A stretch of DNA of 64,000 nucleotides, from positions 1-64,000 of IMG/VR virus record IMGVR_UViG_3300028833_000104. One strand, written 5' to 3'. This DNA comes from a virus. Taxonomy: Duplodnaviria; Caudoviricetes. The notes below the pieces were generated by a model. The model made no database searches. It had not been told where the DNA came from and worked only from the letters and a program-made list of their open reading frames with translations. The position numbers and the translations under genes were made by a program. Below are positions 35,433-46,368 of the stretch, one piece after another. Position 1 is the stretch's first letter. Each line of letters starts with the position of its first letter.

Positions 35433-36556
35433 TGGCAATTAAGGTAACATTATTTATATTACTTGGTTTAGCTATTCTTATATTTGCAGGTTTAACATTT
35501 TGGAGAGAATGTGAGGCAGAAGAAAATGATGCCTCTAGAATATCAGTATTTATATTTGGTGGATTATTCTTAGCAATGATAGGATGTATAGTTTTAATTC
35601 CTGGTAATATTCATCAAGTAGACACTGGTGAAGTTGCAGTAGTTAGACACATGGGAAAGGTTACATGTGCTAGAGAACCTGGTGTTTATTGGGACTGGTA
35701 CTTTACAAATGATTATGAATATTATGATACAAAGATTCAATCAACTGAAATCGTTACTAAGGCTTATACATCTGACGCACAAACAGTAGATTTAGATGTA
35801 ATTATTCAATATCAAGTGGATAAGAGTCAAGCTGAATATTTAGCAACAACCTATGGTTCAACATCAAGCGTTGAATCTAAGATGGAAGCAGTTGCATTTG
35901 ATAGAATGAAATCAGTTATTGGTCAAAATGATGCAGAATATACAGTTAGAAATCGTTCTACTATTAAAGCAAATATAGAGGAAACTATCGCAAGTGCTGT
36001 AAACTCAGGTAATTATTGTCTATTTGTTCCTTCAGTAGATTTAAGAGATTTATCTTTTAGTGATTCCTATGAGGCAGCAGCAGAAGCTAGAGCAGTAGCT
36101 AATCAAAAGTTAGAAGAAGAGAAGATTAATCAAGCAAAAGAATTAGCATTAGCTGAAAATAATCATAAAATTGAAGTTGAAAATGCAAAGGCAGCAGCTG
36201 AAGCAGCTATAGAAAAGGCAAATGCAGAAGCAGAAGTTGCAAGAATTAAGGCACAAGCTGACCAAGATGTTGCAAAGATTGAAGCAGATACAGCATTATA
36301 CGCAGGTCAAAAGCAGGCAGCTATAGCAGTTCAAAGATTAGCATCAATTAATGGTTGGACAGTTGTGACAACTACAGAAACCGATGGTACACAATATACT
36401 AAGTTATATAAGCCAGATGAAACATTAGTAACTGCAGAAGAATTACAAAAGGGTACTGAAAAGTTACTAGAAGTTTATAAGTATGAAAAGTGGGATGGTA
36501 AGTTACCTACTTATCAAATGGGTGATTCAGGAATCGTAACAGTAGTTACTCCTTAA
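35432..36556 (+). CDS. SPFH/Band 7/prohibitin family membrane protein
   Basis: Two N-terminal TM segments, VDTGEVAVV, TSDAQTVDLDVIIQY, AEA-rich coiled coil, EKWDGKLP. Confidence 0.9.
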   Translation: MAIKVTLFILLGLAILIFAGLTFWRECEAEENDASRISVFIFGGLFLAMIGCIVLIPGNIHQVDTGEVAVVRHMGKVTCAREPGVYWDWYFTNDYEYYDTKIQSTEIVTKAYTSDAQTVDLDVIIQYQVDKSQAEYLATTYGSTSSVESKMEAVAFDRMKSVIGQNDAEYTVRNRSTIKANIEETIASAVNSGNYCLFVPSVDLRDLSFSDSYEAAAEARAVANQKLEEEKINQAKELALAENNHKIEVENAKAAAEAAIEKANAEAEVARIKAQADQDVAKIEADTALYAGQKQAAIAVQRLASINGWTVVTTTETDGTQYTKLYKPDETLVTAEELQKGTEKLLEVYKYEKWDGKLPTYQMGDSGIVTVVTP

Positions 36557-36574
36557 CAAACATTAAAAAATATT

Positions 36575-36603
36575 AAAAAAGCCATATAAATTATGGCTTT
36601 TTT
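36575..36603 (+). terminator. Intrinsic terminator
   Basis: AAAAAAGCCATA-taaat-TATGGCTTTTTT. Confidence 0.8.
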
Positions 36604-36650
36604 GTTTCATTGTATTGTATAATATATAAAATATGAATGGAGGTAAAGTA

Positions 36651-37040
36651 ATGGAAAGTAATTTAATTACATTATTTAAAAACTATATAGAGATGGAAAA
36701 TAATAGAAAGAAAGTAGCAGAATTAAAAAGTGATTTACTTAAACTAAAGGCGTACATTAAAAAGAAAGTTGGACTTCAAGTTTATACCTATAATGCTTGT
36801 TGTTCCGAATGTTTATGTATAGATTTTGAACATGCTATTAATAGAAAGTATTCCTATGCAAGAATTTGTTTAATAAGTGAACAATTCAATGAAATATTCA
36901 CTGAAGAGGAAAGAAGCTTTCTTAGAGGGGTAAATCATAATTTAATTATTAGACATAATACTGAATTATATAAAGTTTTCACTGATAGAATAATTAATTT
37001 CTATGAAAAGGAGATTGAAAAGTATGCTGCAAGTAAATAA
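36651..37040 (+). CDS. Hypothetical protein
   Basis: GGAGG RBS; TTGTATAAT at 36615. Confidence 0.6.
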   Translation: MESNLITLFKNYIEMENNRKKVAELKSDLLKLKAYIKKKVGLQVYTYNACCSECLCIDFEHAINRKYSYARICLISEQFNEIFTEEERSFLRGVNHNLIIRHNTELYKVFTDRIINFYEKEIEKYAASK

Positions 37041-38475
37041 AGATGATATTGTATCTATCAGAGGTAATTTATATCAATATATTAATGATAATGAATTATG
37101 TGACCTTGTTTGTCCTACTTGTCATTCTAACTATGATTCAAGTTATTATCAAAAATATTCATTAATTCAAATAAAAAATGAACTTATACGTTCACATAAA
37201 TTAGATAAGCATATAAAATTTTATATAAAAGTATGTCCTAAAATGTCATCTATATTTGTAAATAAAGCAATAGCAGCTGGATTTGATTGTGGATTTGCCG
37301 AAATTATTGGTAAAACAACTCCTATTTATATAATGGAAAGAAATGAGCATAATGGTCGTTATATTTGTAGTTCAGTTACAGGTATGGATTTAATGCATTT
37401 ACCTAAATTTTATTTATATGAACTAACTGAAGATAATTTATTGGATTTAGATGTTAATTATATTACTTTTAATCATTTCCTAGATAATAGATATGCATTT
37501 GAAATTACCAATATTAATATTCAATGTTTACCACAATCAAATTTAGGTCCTGCTTGTTTTGTTAAACAACCTGAAAATAAAAGTGCAAATATAACCATTA
37601 GATTAAGTGGCAATACAGATTTAGATGAAAAATTAAAGGAATATTTATACAGTGATGGTAGATATAGTGCAGACGCTGAAATACATTTATCCGGAGATCC
37701 AGATTTATTAACACATTATAGATTAAATTTTTTATCTAACATTGAACATGGATTTGGATTAGATGATGAATGTTTAATATTAGAATATTTATCTGTTGAA
37801 TCTGTGGCTGATATGACTATCAATTCTAGAAGGGATTTAATTTATGGTGATTTTTGTTTACCTCATAGAGATGAAATATGTTCTATTCCACCACTTTCAA
37901 CAGCACACTTTGAAAGTGAAATTCAAAAATTAGAAATGGAACAAAAGTTAAAGGAATATGGTTTGGATAAAATTGATTTAGATAAAATAATGCAAGGTAT
38001 TGATATTAGTTATGAACCTGATCAGCAAGATTTTGTTACATTTAATAAAGCTGATATAGAATTCCAATATGAAATGTATAATAAAGAAAAAGAAGAGGAG
38101 AAAGAAGAAAAAATGATTAAGTTAACAAAAGATGGAAAGTCAAGAGAAATTACTCAAATTGTTATTAATGAGGAAGAAGGTATTGTTACCACAGTAGGTA
38201 ATAAGTTAGGTTTACCTCCAGTTATCGTTAAGAAGGATAAGGATGGTAAGGAATATAAGGAAAATGATCCAAAGGTAGTTACAATGGCTAAGACTGCTGA
38301 GGGTGATGAATTTGATAAGTATACAGGTGTGGCATTAGCATTAGCATATCAATTATTTGGTTCTAAGACTCAATTTAGAAAGTATGTTGATAATGAGGCT
38401 AAGTATATTAAGCAAATTAAGGAAAAGAAAGAAAAAGCAAAAGCAAAGAAAAAGCAAGTAAAAAAGGATAAGTAA
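37024..38475 (+). CDS. Hypothetical protein, probably a fusion with a separately initiated C-terminal domain (ATG 38113)
   Basis: AGGAG RBS; internal ATGTATAAT + GAGGAG + in-frame ATG. Confidence 0.6.
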   Translation: MLQVNKDDIVSIRGNLYQYINDNELCDLVCPTCHSNYDSSYYQKYSLIQIKNELIRSHKLDKHIKFYIKVCPKMSSIFVNKAIAAGFDCGFAEIIGKTTPIYIMERNEHNGRYICSSVTGMDLMHLPKFYLYELTEDNLLDLDVNYITFNHFLDNRYAFEITNINIQCLPQSNLGPACFVKQPENKSANITIRLSGNTDLDEKLKEYLYSDGRYSADAEIHLSGDPDLLTHYRLNFLSNIEHGFGLDDECLILEYLSVESVADMTINSRRDLIYGDFCLPHRDEICSIPPLSTAHFESEIQKLEMEQKLKEYGLDKIDLDKIMQGIDISYEPDQQDFVTFNKADIEFQYEMYNKEKEEEKEEKMIKLTKDGKSREITQIVINEEEGIVTTVGNKLGLPPVIVKKDKDGKEYKENDPKVVTMAKTAEGDEFDKYTGVALALAYQLFGSKTQFRKYVDNEAKYIKQIKEKKEKAKAKKKQVKKDK

Positions 38476-38476
38476 T

Positions 38477-39190
38477 ATGAGTAAAACATATTTTATCTCA
38501 GACTTACATTTCGGGCATAAAAATATTTTACAGTATGAACCATCAAGAATTGATGCTACTTTAGACTATATTAAAAATGTTTTACATAAAGAATGTGAAT
38601 ATACTAAGGAAGACGTTTTAAAAGATTTTGAAACAGAAACTAAATCCTTAGTATATTACATACTAGATTATCATGACGAAATGTTAATTTATAAGTGGAA
38701 TAAAAAAGTTAAGAATTCCGACACTGTTTGGTTTTTAGGTGATTTAGGACTTGGTAATAAGGATTACATTAAATGTTGTACCTTAAAGTTAAATGGTATT
38801 AAAAGAATCGTTAGAGGTAATCATGATACTTTACCTGAAGATTTCTATAAAGATTGTGGGTTTGTTGAAATAGTTCCTAGAAAAAGAGGTACAGTATTAA
38901 AAGATTTCTTTGAATTAAGACATGAACCAAGTGCTTGGATGGCTCCTAATACTATGAGATTCTTTATATTTGGACATGTTCATTCTCAACCACAATATCT
39001 AACTAAAACTGAAAATAGTAGATGCGTTTGTGTTGAAAGACAAAATTTTGAACCTATTGAAATTGAGGAATTCAATAATTATCAAGAGGAAGAAATAGAA
39101 TTAGATCCACATAAAGATATAAAAAATAATATAGCTGAAAAAGCATATATTGATTTTCTAGTAAAAGAGACAATAAAAGGAGATAATTAA
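38477..39190 (+). CDS. Calcineurin-like phosphoesterase
   Basis: SDLHFGH, LGDL, RGNHD, HEP, FGHVH. Confidence 0.85.
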   Translation: MSKTYFISDLHFGHKNILQYEPSRIDATLDYIKNVLHKECEYTKEDVLKDFETETKSLVYYILDYHDEMLIYKWNKKVKNSDTVWFLGDLGLGNKDYIKCCTLKLNGIKRIVRGNHDTLPEDFYKDCGFVEIVPRKRGTVLKDFFELRHEPSAWMAPNTMRFFIFGHVHSQPQYLTKTENSRCVCVERQNFEPIEIEEFNNYQEEEIELDPHKDIKNNIAEKAYIDFLVKETIKGDN

Positions 39191-39191
39191 T

Positions 39192-39446
39192 ATGAATTAT
39201 ACTGAAAGAGAAATAAAGGAAATTAATACTGAATATTCTTTTAACAATATTGATTTTACAAAGTTAAGTATTGAGGATATCTATTTAATTAAGGTTGAAG
39301 TTGGTAATATGAAAAAAGATGATATGATGCAACTTTGCATAAATTTAAAAGAAAAATTAACTGAATATGGAATTGAAAAAGTTCTAATTTGTCCTTGTCA
39401 TAACGGTGTTCCATCATTACAAATTTATAAATTAGAAAAGGAATAA
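39192..39446 (+). CDS. Hypothetical protein
   Basis: AGGAG RBS, operonic. Confidence 0.55.
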   Translation: MNYTEREIKEINTEYSFNNIDFTKLSIEDIYLIKVEVGNMKKDDMMQLCINLKEKLTEYGIEKVLICPCHNGVPSLQIYKLEKE

Positions 39447-39450
39447 TTAT

Positions 39451-39894
39451 ATGGAAGGTGTTTTAAAAACTCTAAAAGGGCAAATTGTAGAGGTATTGGA
39501 TAAACCAAATAGAAATGGTAGAATATATACTACAGAATGTATTGAAAATAATGTTTTAAATAATCCAATAATACAGGAAAGACTAAAATTACACAACTTA
39601 TTTGGAACTTTTACCTTACTTGGAAATGAAGATGTAACACTAACTAATACCTCTCATTGTATTACAAATTTATATATTGAGGATAATTGTTTAAAAGCAG
39701 ATATAGATATACTAGATACTCCAAATGGAAGAATGTTAAAGGAACATTTAGATAAAGGTGAAGGAATTTATCCTTATTTATCAGGAAACGGTGAATTAGA
39801 ATTAGTTGGTTATTGTATGGTTTCCAATTATATATTAGATAACATTTCAATATCAGCTCTAAGTGTTAAAGGTATAGAAGAAAAGGAGAAATAA
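39451..39894 (+). CDS. Prohead protease-like (T4 gp21 family) protein, degenerate
   Basis: DKPNRNGRIY, SHCITNL, ILDTPNGRMLK motifs; GELxHP and SSRG equivalents altered. Confidence 0.65.
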   Translation: MEGVLKTLKGQIVEVLDKPNRNGRIYTTECIENNVLNNPIIQERLKLHNLFGTFTLLGNEDVTLTNTSHCITNLYIEDNCLKADIDILDTPNGRMLKEHLDKGEGIYPYLSGNGELELVGYCMVSNYILDNISISALSVKGIEEKEK

Positions 39895-39895
39895 T

Positions 39896-40330
39896 ATGAG
39901 TACAAGATGTTTAGTTGGTTATAGAGATAAGGATACAGTTCATTATATTTACTGTCATCACGATGGCTATGTGGAGGAACCAGGTGTTGGTTATACCTTA
40001 TTTAATTATTATAAGGATTTAAATAAAATTAAGGATTTAATTTCAAGAGGCAGCACTTCTGATATTGCACCTAACGTTGAAGATTGTAACTTTTACAAGG
40101 AAAAAGGTTGGGGTGAAAAAACCGTTGATGTAGCTAATTATGGCTTTAATTGTCAAGATGATGCGGAATATATTTATCTATTCCAAAACAATGAATGGTA
40201 TGTTTTATATGCAGATTATGAAACTGATAGAAATAACATTGAAAAGGTTGAATATTTACTAAATAAACCTGAGGATGACGAGGAAGATATACCTACTTGG
40301 GATTCAATTTTAAATAAGGTATATAATTAA
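39896..40330 (+). CDS. Hypothetical phage protein (MSTR...IYCHHDGY type)
   Basis: MSTRCLVG...IYCHHDGY...EYIYLF...WYV pattern common in phage early regions. Confidence 0.65.
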   Translation: MSTRCLVGYRDKDTVHYIYCHHDGYVEEPGVGYTLFNYYKDLNKIKDLISRGSTSDIAPNVEDCNFYKEKGWGEKTVDVANYGFNCQDDAEYIYLFQNNEWYVLYADYETDRNNIEKVEYLLNKPEDDEEDIPTWDSILNKVYN

Positions 40331-40345
40331 AATATACCTTTTTTT
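40316..40345 (+). terminator. Intrinsic terminator
   Basis: AAGGTATAT-aattaaa-ATATACCTT plus T-tract. Confidence 0.7.
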
Positions 40346-40381
40346 ATTGTATAATTATTATATATTGAAAGGATTGATTAT

Positions 40382-41044
40382 ATGTTAAATGTAAAACCAT
40401 TAACTCCTCAACAAATTGAGGAAAATAAAAATTTATTTATAAGTTTAGTAAATCAAATTAACATTGATGGGGTAGATAAAGATGGATTGATTAATTATCT
40501 ATTAAATTCAGATTTCTTCTTTGCACCTGCATCTACTAAATATCATTCAAACTTTGATGGTGGATTATGCCAACATAGTTTAAATGTTTATTTTGCACTA
40601 AAGAATTTATATGAAATGTATAGACCTACTATTGGTGATATTGATGAGAATAGTTTAATTATTTGTGGTTTATTCCATGATATTTCAAAAGTTAATTTTT
40701 ATGAAAAATATACTTCAAATAAAAAAATTTATAGTGAACAAGGTTCAAAACATGATAATGGTGGAAAGTTTGATTGGGTAGCAGTAGATGCTTGGAAGGT
40801 TAGAGAGGCAAAAGATAGATTTATTGCTGGAACTCATGAGGAAAATTCAGTACTATTATTAAGTAGATTTATTCCTTTAAATAATGATGAAACTGTTGCC
40901 ATTATGAACCATCATATGCACACTGGCGATGGTGTTCAATTTATGGACCAAACCTTTATTTGTAACCAATATCCATTAGCAGTTTTATTACATACAGCTG
41001 ACTTCTTATCAACATATTGTGTAGAAGGAATTGTAAGTGAATAA
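40382..41044 (+). CDS. HD-domain phosphohydrolase
   Basis: APASTKYH...GGLCQHSLNV...LFHDISK...HHM...LHTAD. Confidence 0.88.
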   Translation: MLNVKPLTPQQIEENKNLFISLVNQINIDGVDKDGLINYLLNSDFFFAPASTKYHSNFDGGLCQHSLNVYFALKNLYEMYRPTIGDIDENSLIICGLFHDISKVNFYEKYTSNKKIYSEQGSKHDNGGKFDWVAVDAWKVREAKDRFIAGTHEENSVLLLSRFIPLNNDETVAIMNHHMHTGDGVQFMDQTFICNQYPLAVLLHTADFLSTYCVEGIVSE

Positions 41045-41393
41045 CTTAATTAAAAAACAATTGGAATCAGTACAAATTGCCGATTTAACTCATTTTAATG
41101 AAGAGGATAATACTTATTTTATACCTCAAAAGAAAACCATTAAAATCGAGAGAAATAAAGCATATCTAATATTTGTAAATGATTCCTTCTTTTATAACAA
41201 AGTATTACAGGATAATTGAAATAAAGGATTAGTTTTAAAAGATAGATATATAAAAGCAGAAGTAGATGATGTTATGGGTAAAATGATTAAAGTTACCTGT
41301 ATTGGATACGATGTTTTAAATAGAAAAGATACAAATAATTTCTGAAATGGTTGATTACCATTAGATAGTATTCAAGTATTACAAAAATTATAA
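41037..41393 (+). CDS. Hypothetical protein, 118 aa
   Basis: GTG start; extended via 3 TGA (…NNFWNGWLP…) to TAA. Confidence 0.6.
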
Positions 41394-41420
41394 TGTATAT
41401 TCATATAAGGAGATGATTTA

Positions 41421-42440
41421 ATGGAAGCGTTGGCAGTTCGTTATAGACCCCAAAAGTTTGAGGATGTCTGCTCTCAGGGCTCTATAATAACAATATTAAA
41501 GCAACAATTACAAAAGAAAGAATATACCAACTGTTATGGATTTTGTGGGCCATCAGGTTGTGGTAAAACAACTATTGCAAGAATTTTTGGTAACGCCATA
41601 AATCAAGGAAAAGGTGAAATAATTGAAATAGATGGTGCTTCTAATAACGGTGTAGATAATATTAGAAAGATTATTGAAGAAGCAAGTACTAGATGTATTG
41701 ACGGTGCTGAATATAAGATATTTATCATTGACGAATGTCATATGATTACAACAGCAGGATGAAATGCATTCTTAAAAACAATTGAGGAACCACCTAAGTA
41801 TAGTATTTTTATGTTCTGTACTACAAATCCTGAAAAGATGCCTGCAACTATTAATAATAGAATTATGAAATTTAATCTTTCTAAAATTGATACAAATTTA
41901 ATCAGAAGTAGATTAGAATATATTTGTCAACAAGAAGGTTTTACAAATTATAATGATGCTTGTGATTACATTTCAAAATTGTGTCAAGGTGGAATGAGAG
42001 ATGGTATTTCATTATTAGAAAAAGCAGCAAATTATAATACCGATTTAAGTATTGATAATGTATTAGAAGCATTAGGTGATTTTAGTTATGATTCATTCTT
42101 CAATCTAACAGGTGATTTGTTAAATCAAGATGAAGGTAATGTTTTATTAACTATTAATAATTATTTTAATCAAGGAAGAGATTTAAAATTATTTGTTGAC
42201 CAGTATTTAGATTTCACATTAGATTTAGCAAAATATTGCTTATATAATGATATTAATTATGTTAAGATACCTGCAAATCTAGCTCCTAGATGTCAAGGTT
42301 ATTCAGGTATTCCTAATATTTTAGATTGGACTAATAGATTAATTGGCAAGGTATTAGATGTTAAAAATGCTATTAGATATGATATTAATTCCAAGACAAC
42401 AATTGAAGCTATGTTTATAGCAATAAGTAGAGGTATTTAA
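41421..42440 (+). CDS. dnaX: DNA polymerase III gamma/tau-like clamp loader ATPase, 339 aa
   Basis: LAVRYRPQKFED, GPSGCGKTT, EIDGASNNGVD, IIDECHMITTAG(W=TGA)NAFLKTIEEPP, GGMRDGISLLE. Confidence 0.92.
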
Positions 42441-42442
42441 AT

Positions 42443-43297
42443 ATGAGAATGTTTGATCATGATGAAGATAATAGCTATTATTGGCTGGAAAAAGATAATG
42501 AGGAATTAAAAGCACAAATTAAAACCTGGAAATGAAGATATGAAACTCTTGAAAAAATGTTGTTAAATGTTTGTAGACATACTTATATGTTAAAGGCAAA
42601 TCAAATCAATGTTAATCAATTATTTGCTGTAGTAAATGGTTGTTTAACTAACGAAATAATTGATAGATTTACTTGGGATTATTTAATGGATGAAGAATCA
42701 AAGAAATTACAAACACATAAAAAAATTCAAGATGTTATGAAGAAGTATATTCATGATTATGATGATGTAGAAATAAAAACTGATGAAATTGATGAAAGTG
42801 GTTCCCCAGTTATTATAACAAGTCAAAAAAATATTTATGAAGGCAACTTAACTCAACAAGATATTGAAGATGCTTTTAAAGAAGAAAACTATTTAAATGA
42901 TACTGAAGTAAATAATTTAGAATTAGATGAGATTGACAAAGCGGCATCACCTGTTATAGAGAGACAAGATGATGGTAGATATAGAATTAGATATGATTTA
43001 GCATATGATAGTTTATCTCCTTTATGGCCTAATGATTCTTTATATAAAGGTAATTTACCTGATGAAGTTTTATTAAAAGGTTTAAATGAAGATTCTGAAG
43101 GTTGTTTATCATCAAGTCAAATTGAAGATGCAATTGAAAGTGGAGAGATTAATATTAATTTAAATAATTTTAATATGTCGGATTTTGGAATAAAACAAGA
43201 ATTCGGATTAAGTAAAGAAGATATTGAAAAGATAATTTATAATCAAGATGTAATGAAAATATTAAAAGATATTATAGATTTAGTTAATAATAAGTAA
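42443..43297 (+). CDS. Acidic hypothetical protein, 284 aa
   Basis: Upstream extension through 1 TGA to ATG 42443 with GAGG RBS. Confidence 0.6.
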
Positions 43298-43308
43298 GAG
43301 GTGTTTTA

Positions 43309-44103
43309 ATGGTAGGTCAAACAAAATTATTAGAAAAATTAAATAAATATAACATAGATAATTTTCCAAGATCTACTATGTTAATTGGTGAACAAGGTAT
43401 GGGTAAACATACCTTAGTTAACTATATTAAGGATAATATTTTACATTTACCTATAGTAGATATAACAGACAATTTAAATAAGGAATATATTGATTTAATT
43501 TATTTAAATCCAAATCCATTAATTTATATTATTGATTTTAATAAGATTACTGAAAAAGAATCTAATGCAATGTTAAAATTAATAGAGGAACCTATTTCTA
43601 CCTCATTTCTAATTCTATTGGTAGATAATAGAAATAATGTTTTAAATACCATTTTAAATAGATGTATTATATTTGAATTAGAGCAATATAGCATTAATGA
43701 ATTAAAAGAATTTACAAAAGGTTGTAAGAATGAAGATTTAATATTAAATATTGTAAAATCTCCAGGAAAAATTTTAAATAGTAATTTAGATAGTTATATT
43801 GACGAATTATATAACCTATGTAATACTATTGTTACAAAAATAAATAAAGCAAGTTATTTAAATACCTTATCCATTACTGATAAAATTAATTATAAAGATG
43901 AGTATAATAAATTTGACTTAACAGTATTCTTTGATTGTTTAAGTTATTGTTATTATAAAGATTTTTTAGATAATAAAAATAATAAAAGTTTACAACTTTA
44001 TTTATTAGTTTCTGAGAATAGAAAGAAATTAGTAGATAAAAGATTAAATAAGGAATTGTTTGTAAGCAACTTCCTATCTAAGTTATGGAAGGTGGCGAAA
44101 TAA
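43309..44103 (+). CDS. holB: Clamp loader delta-prime-like subunit
   Basis: MVGQ start, GEQGMGK, SNAMLKLIEEP, TILNRC. Confidence 0.7.
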   Translation: MVGQTKLLEKLNKYNIDNFPRSTMLIGEQGMGKHTLVNYIKDNILHLPIVDITDNLNKEYIDLIYLNPNPLIYIIDFNKITEKESNAMLKLIEEPISTSFLILLVDNRNNVLNTILNRCIIFELEQYSINELKEFTKGCKNEDLILNIVKSPGKILNSNLDSYIDELYNLCNTIVTKINKASYLNTLSITDKINYKDEYNKFDLTVFFDCLSYCYYKDFLDNKNNKSLQLYLLVSENRKKLVDKRLNKELFVSNFLSKLWKVAK

Positions 44104-44981
44104 TGGAATTACAGACATTAAAAACTAAAATAGAAAATAATACATTAAATGATGAAATAATTATTTTTAAATATGTAGATAATAAATTTTTATGTAATCA
44201 ATATATAGATAATATTTCAAAACTAAGAAATATGGAAAAAGTTTATATTAATTCCATTTATGAAGCAGAGGAAGATGCTTTTGGTGTTAATGATAGTTTA
44301 TATATTATTGATGTTGATGAACTAAAAGAATATCCCGATTCATCATTTAAGAATTTAATTATTATGTGTAAGAAATTACCTGATAACTTAGAGGTTGACT
44401 TTATTGATGTTGCTAAACCTGTTAATTGGCAAATTGAAGATTATGTTAAATATAGATTACAAGGCTTAGATGAAAATAGTATATTATGGTTATGTCAAAT
44501 TTGTGGATATGATATTTATAGATTAGATTCAGAATGTAAAAAGTTAGAAATATTTCCTGTAGCTTCACAGCAACAAATGTTTAAAAGATTGAAAGAGGAA
44601 AATGGATATTCAGATTTAACAGATTTAAATATATTTAATTTCACGGATTCATTAATATTACATGATATGAAAAATGTAATTAGTATGATGAAAGAAATGG
44701 AATTAATTGATATTGAACCATTAGCTGTTGTAACAATATTATTAAAGAAATTCAAACAATTATTAGCAGTTAAAACAAATAATCAAACCTATATTAAAGA
44801 ATTAAAAATGTCAGATAAGCAAGTTTGGTATTTAAAGAATAATCAGGCATCAAAATTCAGTGAAGGTAAATTAATTAACAACATTGAATTCCTAACTGGA
44901 ATTGATTATCAGATTAAAAGTGGAAATTTAGATTTAAGTAGAGATAATTTATTATCATATATAACTTGTAATGTAATATAA
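44103..44981 (+). CDS. holA: Clamp loader delta-like subunit
   Basis: CGYDIYRLDSECKKL, NIFNFTDSLI, EPLAVVTIL, IDYQIKSG match HolA C-terminal pattern. Confidence 0.7.
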   Translation: MELQTLKTKIENNTLNDEIIIFKYVDNKFLCNQYIDNISKLRNMEKVYINSIYEAEEDAFGVNDSLYIIDVDELKEYPDSSFKNLIIMCKKLPDNLEVDFIDVAKPVNWQIEDYVKYRLQGLDENSILWLCQICGYDIYRLDSECKKLEIFPVASQQQMFKRLKEENGYSDLTDLNIFNFTDSLILHDMKNVISMMKEMELIDIEPLAVVTILLKKFKQLLAVKTNNQTYIKELKMSDKQVWYLKNNQASKFSEGKLINNIEFLTGIDYQIKSGNLDLSRDNLLSYITCNVI

Positions 44982-45010
44982 AAAAAGAGGTTTAAAACCT
45001 CTTTTATTTT
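44981..45010. terminator. Bidirectional terminator at convergent junction
   Basis: AAAAGAGGTT-taa-AACCTCTTTT. Confidence 0.8.
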
Positions 45011-45067
45011 TGTACCTATTACTTTATTATGAATTAATTAAAACCTTAAAATAGAAGGAATTTTCCA

Positions 45068-46357
45068 TTAATTATAACCTAATCTATATACTCTACCACG
45101 CATAATACAATAAATGCAATCATCTTCCTCGGATGCATATAAAGCATTAGTATCAAAAGTACCGAAAGTTTCTATTTGTGATGATGGAACAGTTAATAAT
45201 AAATTAACCTCAAAGGTGTCCATATTAACTTCCTTTATTTCAAGATTATTATTTTTTATGTTAAATGTATATAATTTGTTCTTAAACATAACGCCCGGAT
45301 CCCAAGAGCTATCAATAATATCATCACTTAATTGAACATCTAATTTTGTTAATGTATCATTAACTGGATTATATTCATATACATTTCTACCTATTGTATT
45401 GAAGTTAGGAGCATCTCCTATTGCTAATAAATAGATTTTATTATTATATACTGCTGTGATATAATTTTTTGGATAGGTACTACTACCACTTCCTGGTAAA
45501 ACTGCATTACATCTTGAATAGCTATTATCTGGCACATGAATTTTATAAATAGCGTTACTCATACCACTATTCATATTATTTGCACCAAATACATATATAT
45601 CATCACCTATAACGGCAGAACTTGGAATTCACCAATAAGAATTATTAGCATTATATCCTACAAAGCTATTACCATTAACATCTAAATAACTATAACCTAA
45701 AATAAGACCAAATCAGCTACCGCCACCTAAACCACCAATTCTATAAAGTTTGTCTCCAACTGTTTGTACGCTAGAACCTGATACTAATCTTACCCAACCA
45801 TTAGTATATGTTATTGTAATATTAGTAGTGGTAACTTCACCGGTATGTAAATCGATATACTTTACTTTATCATTAGTTGTATTACTTCCTACTTTATATA
45901 ATCTATTTTTATATCAAGCAGGAGTTCAATTTGTTACAAAATCTTCTATATAATCAACCAAATCAAAAGATCAATATGGAGCTTTCTTTTCTTCCTTGTT
46001 TGGATTTGTTATAGTTAATTTAACTTTAATTTTAGCAATATTTTCTTGTCCTTCTCGAGCATAAGGAGCTAAATTAAAGGATTTATTTTTTGTTTCTAAA
46101 ACGTGATTATTAAAAGTTATTATATAAGTAACTTGAGGATTATACTCAGTTAATTCCTCTAATCCCTCAACATCCCAACTAATAACGGCTCCATTTGCCT
46201 GTAAATTTACTACCTTAGGAACTTTTAAACCTTGTGGTAAGTCTAATACATTATTAGAAAAATTTCTAGGCAATAATTTTTCTGAAGTATTAAATTGATA
46301 TCTAATTGCATCACCTAAATCCTCTAGGTAATCATGTAAATTATTTTGTTTACTCAT
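45068..46357 (-). CDS. Kelch-repeat beta-propeller protein with fibre-type N-terminus, 429 aa
   Basis: ORFs joined via 5 TGA; LEDLGDAIR N-terminus; VGDKLYRIGG, IGDDIYVFG, YNNKIYLL...YEYNP repeats. Confidence 0.75.
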
Positions 46358-46368
46358 TAACTAATCAC

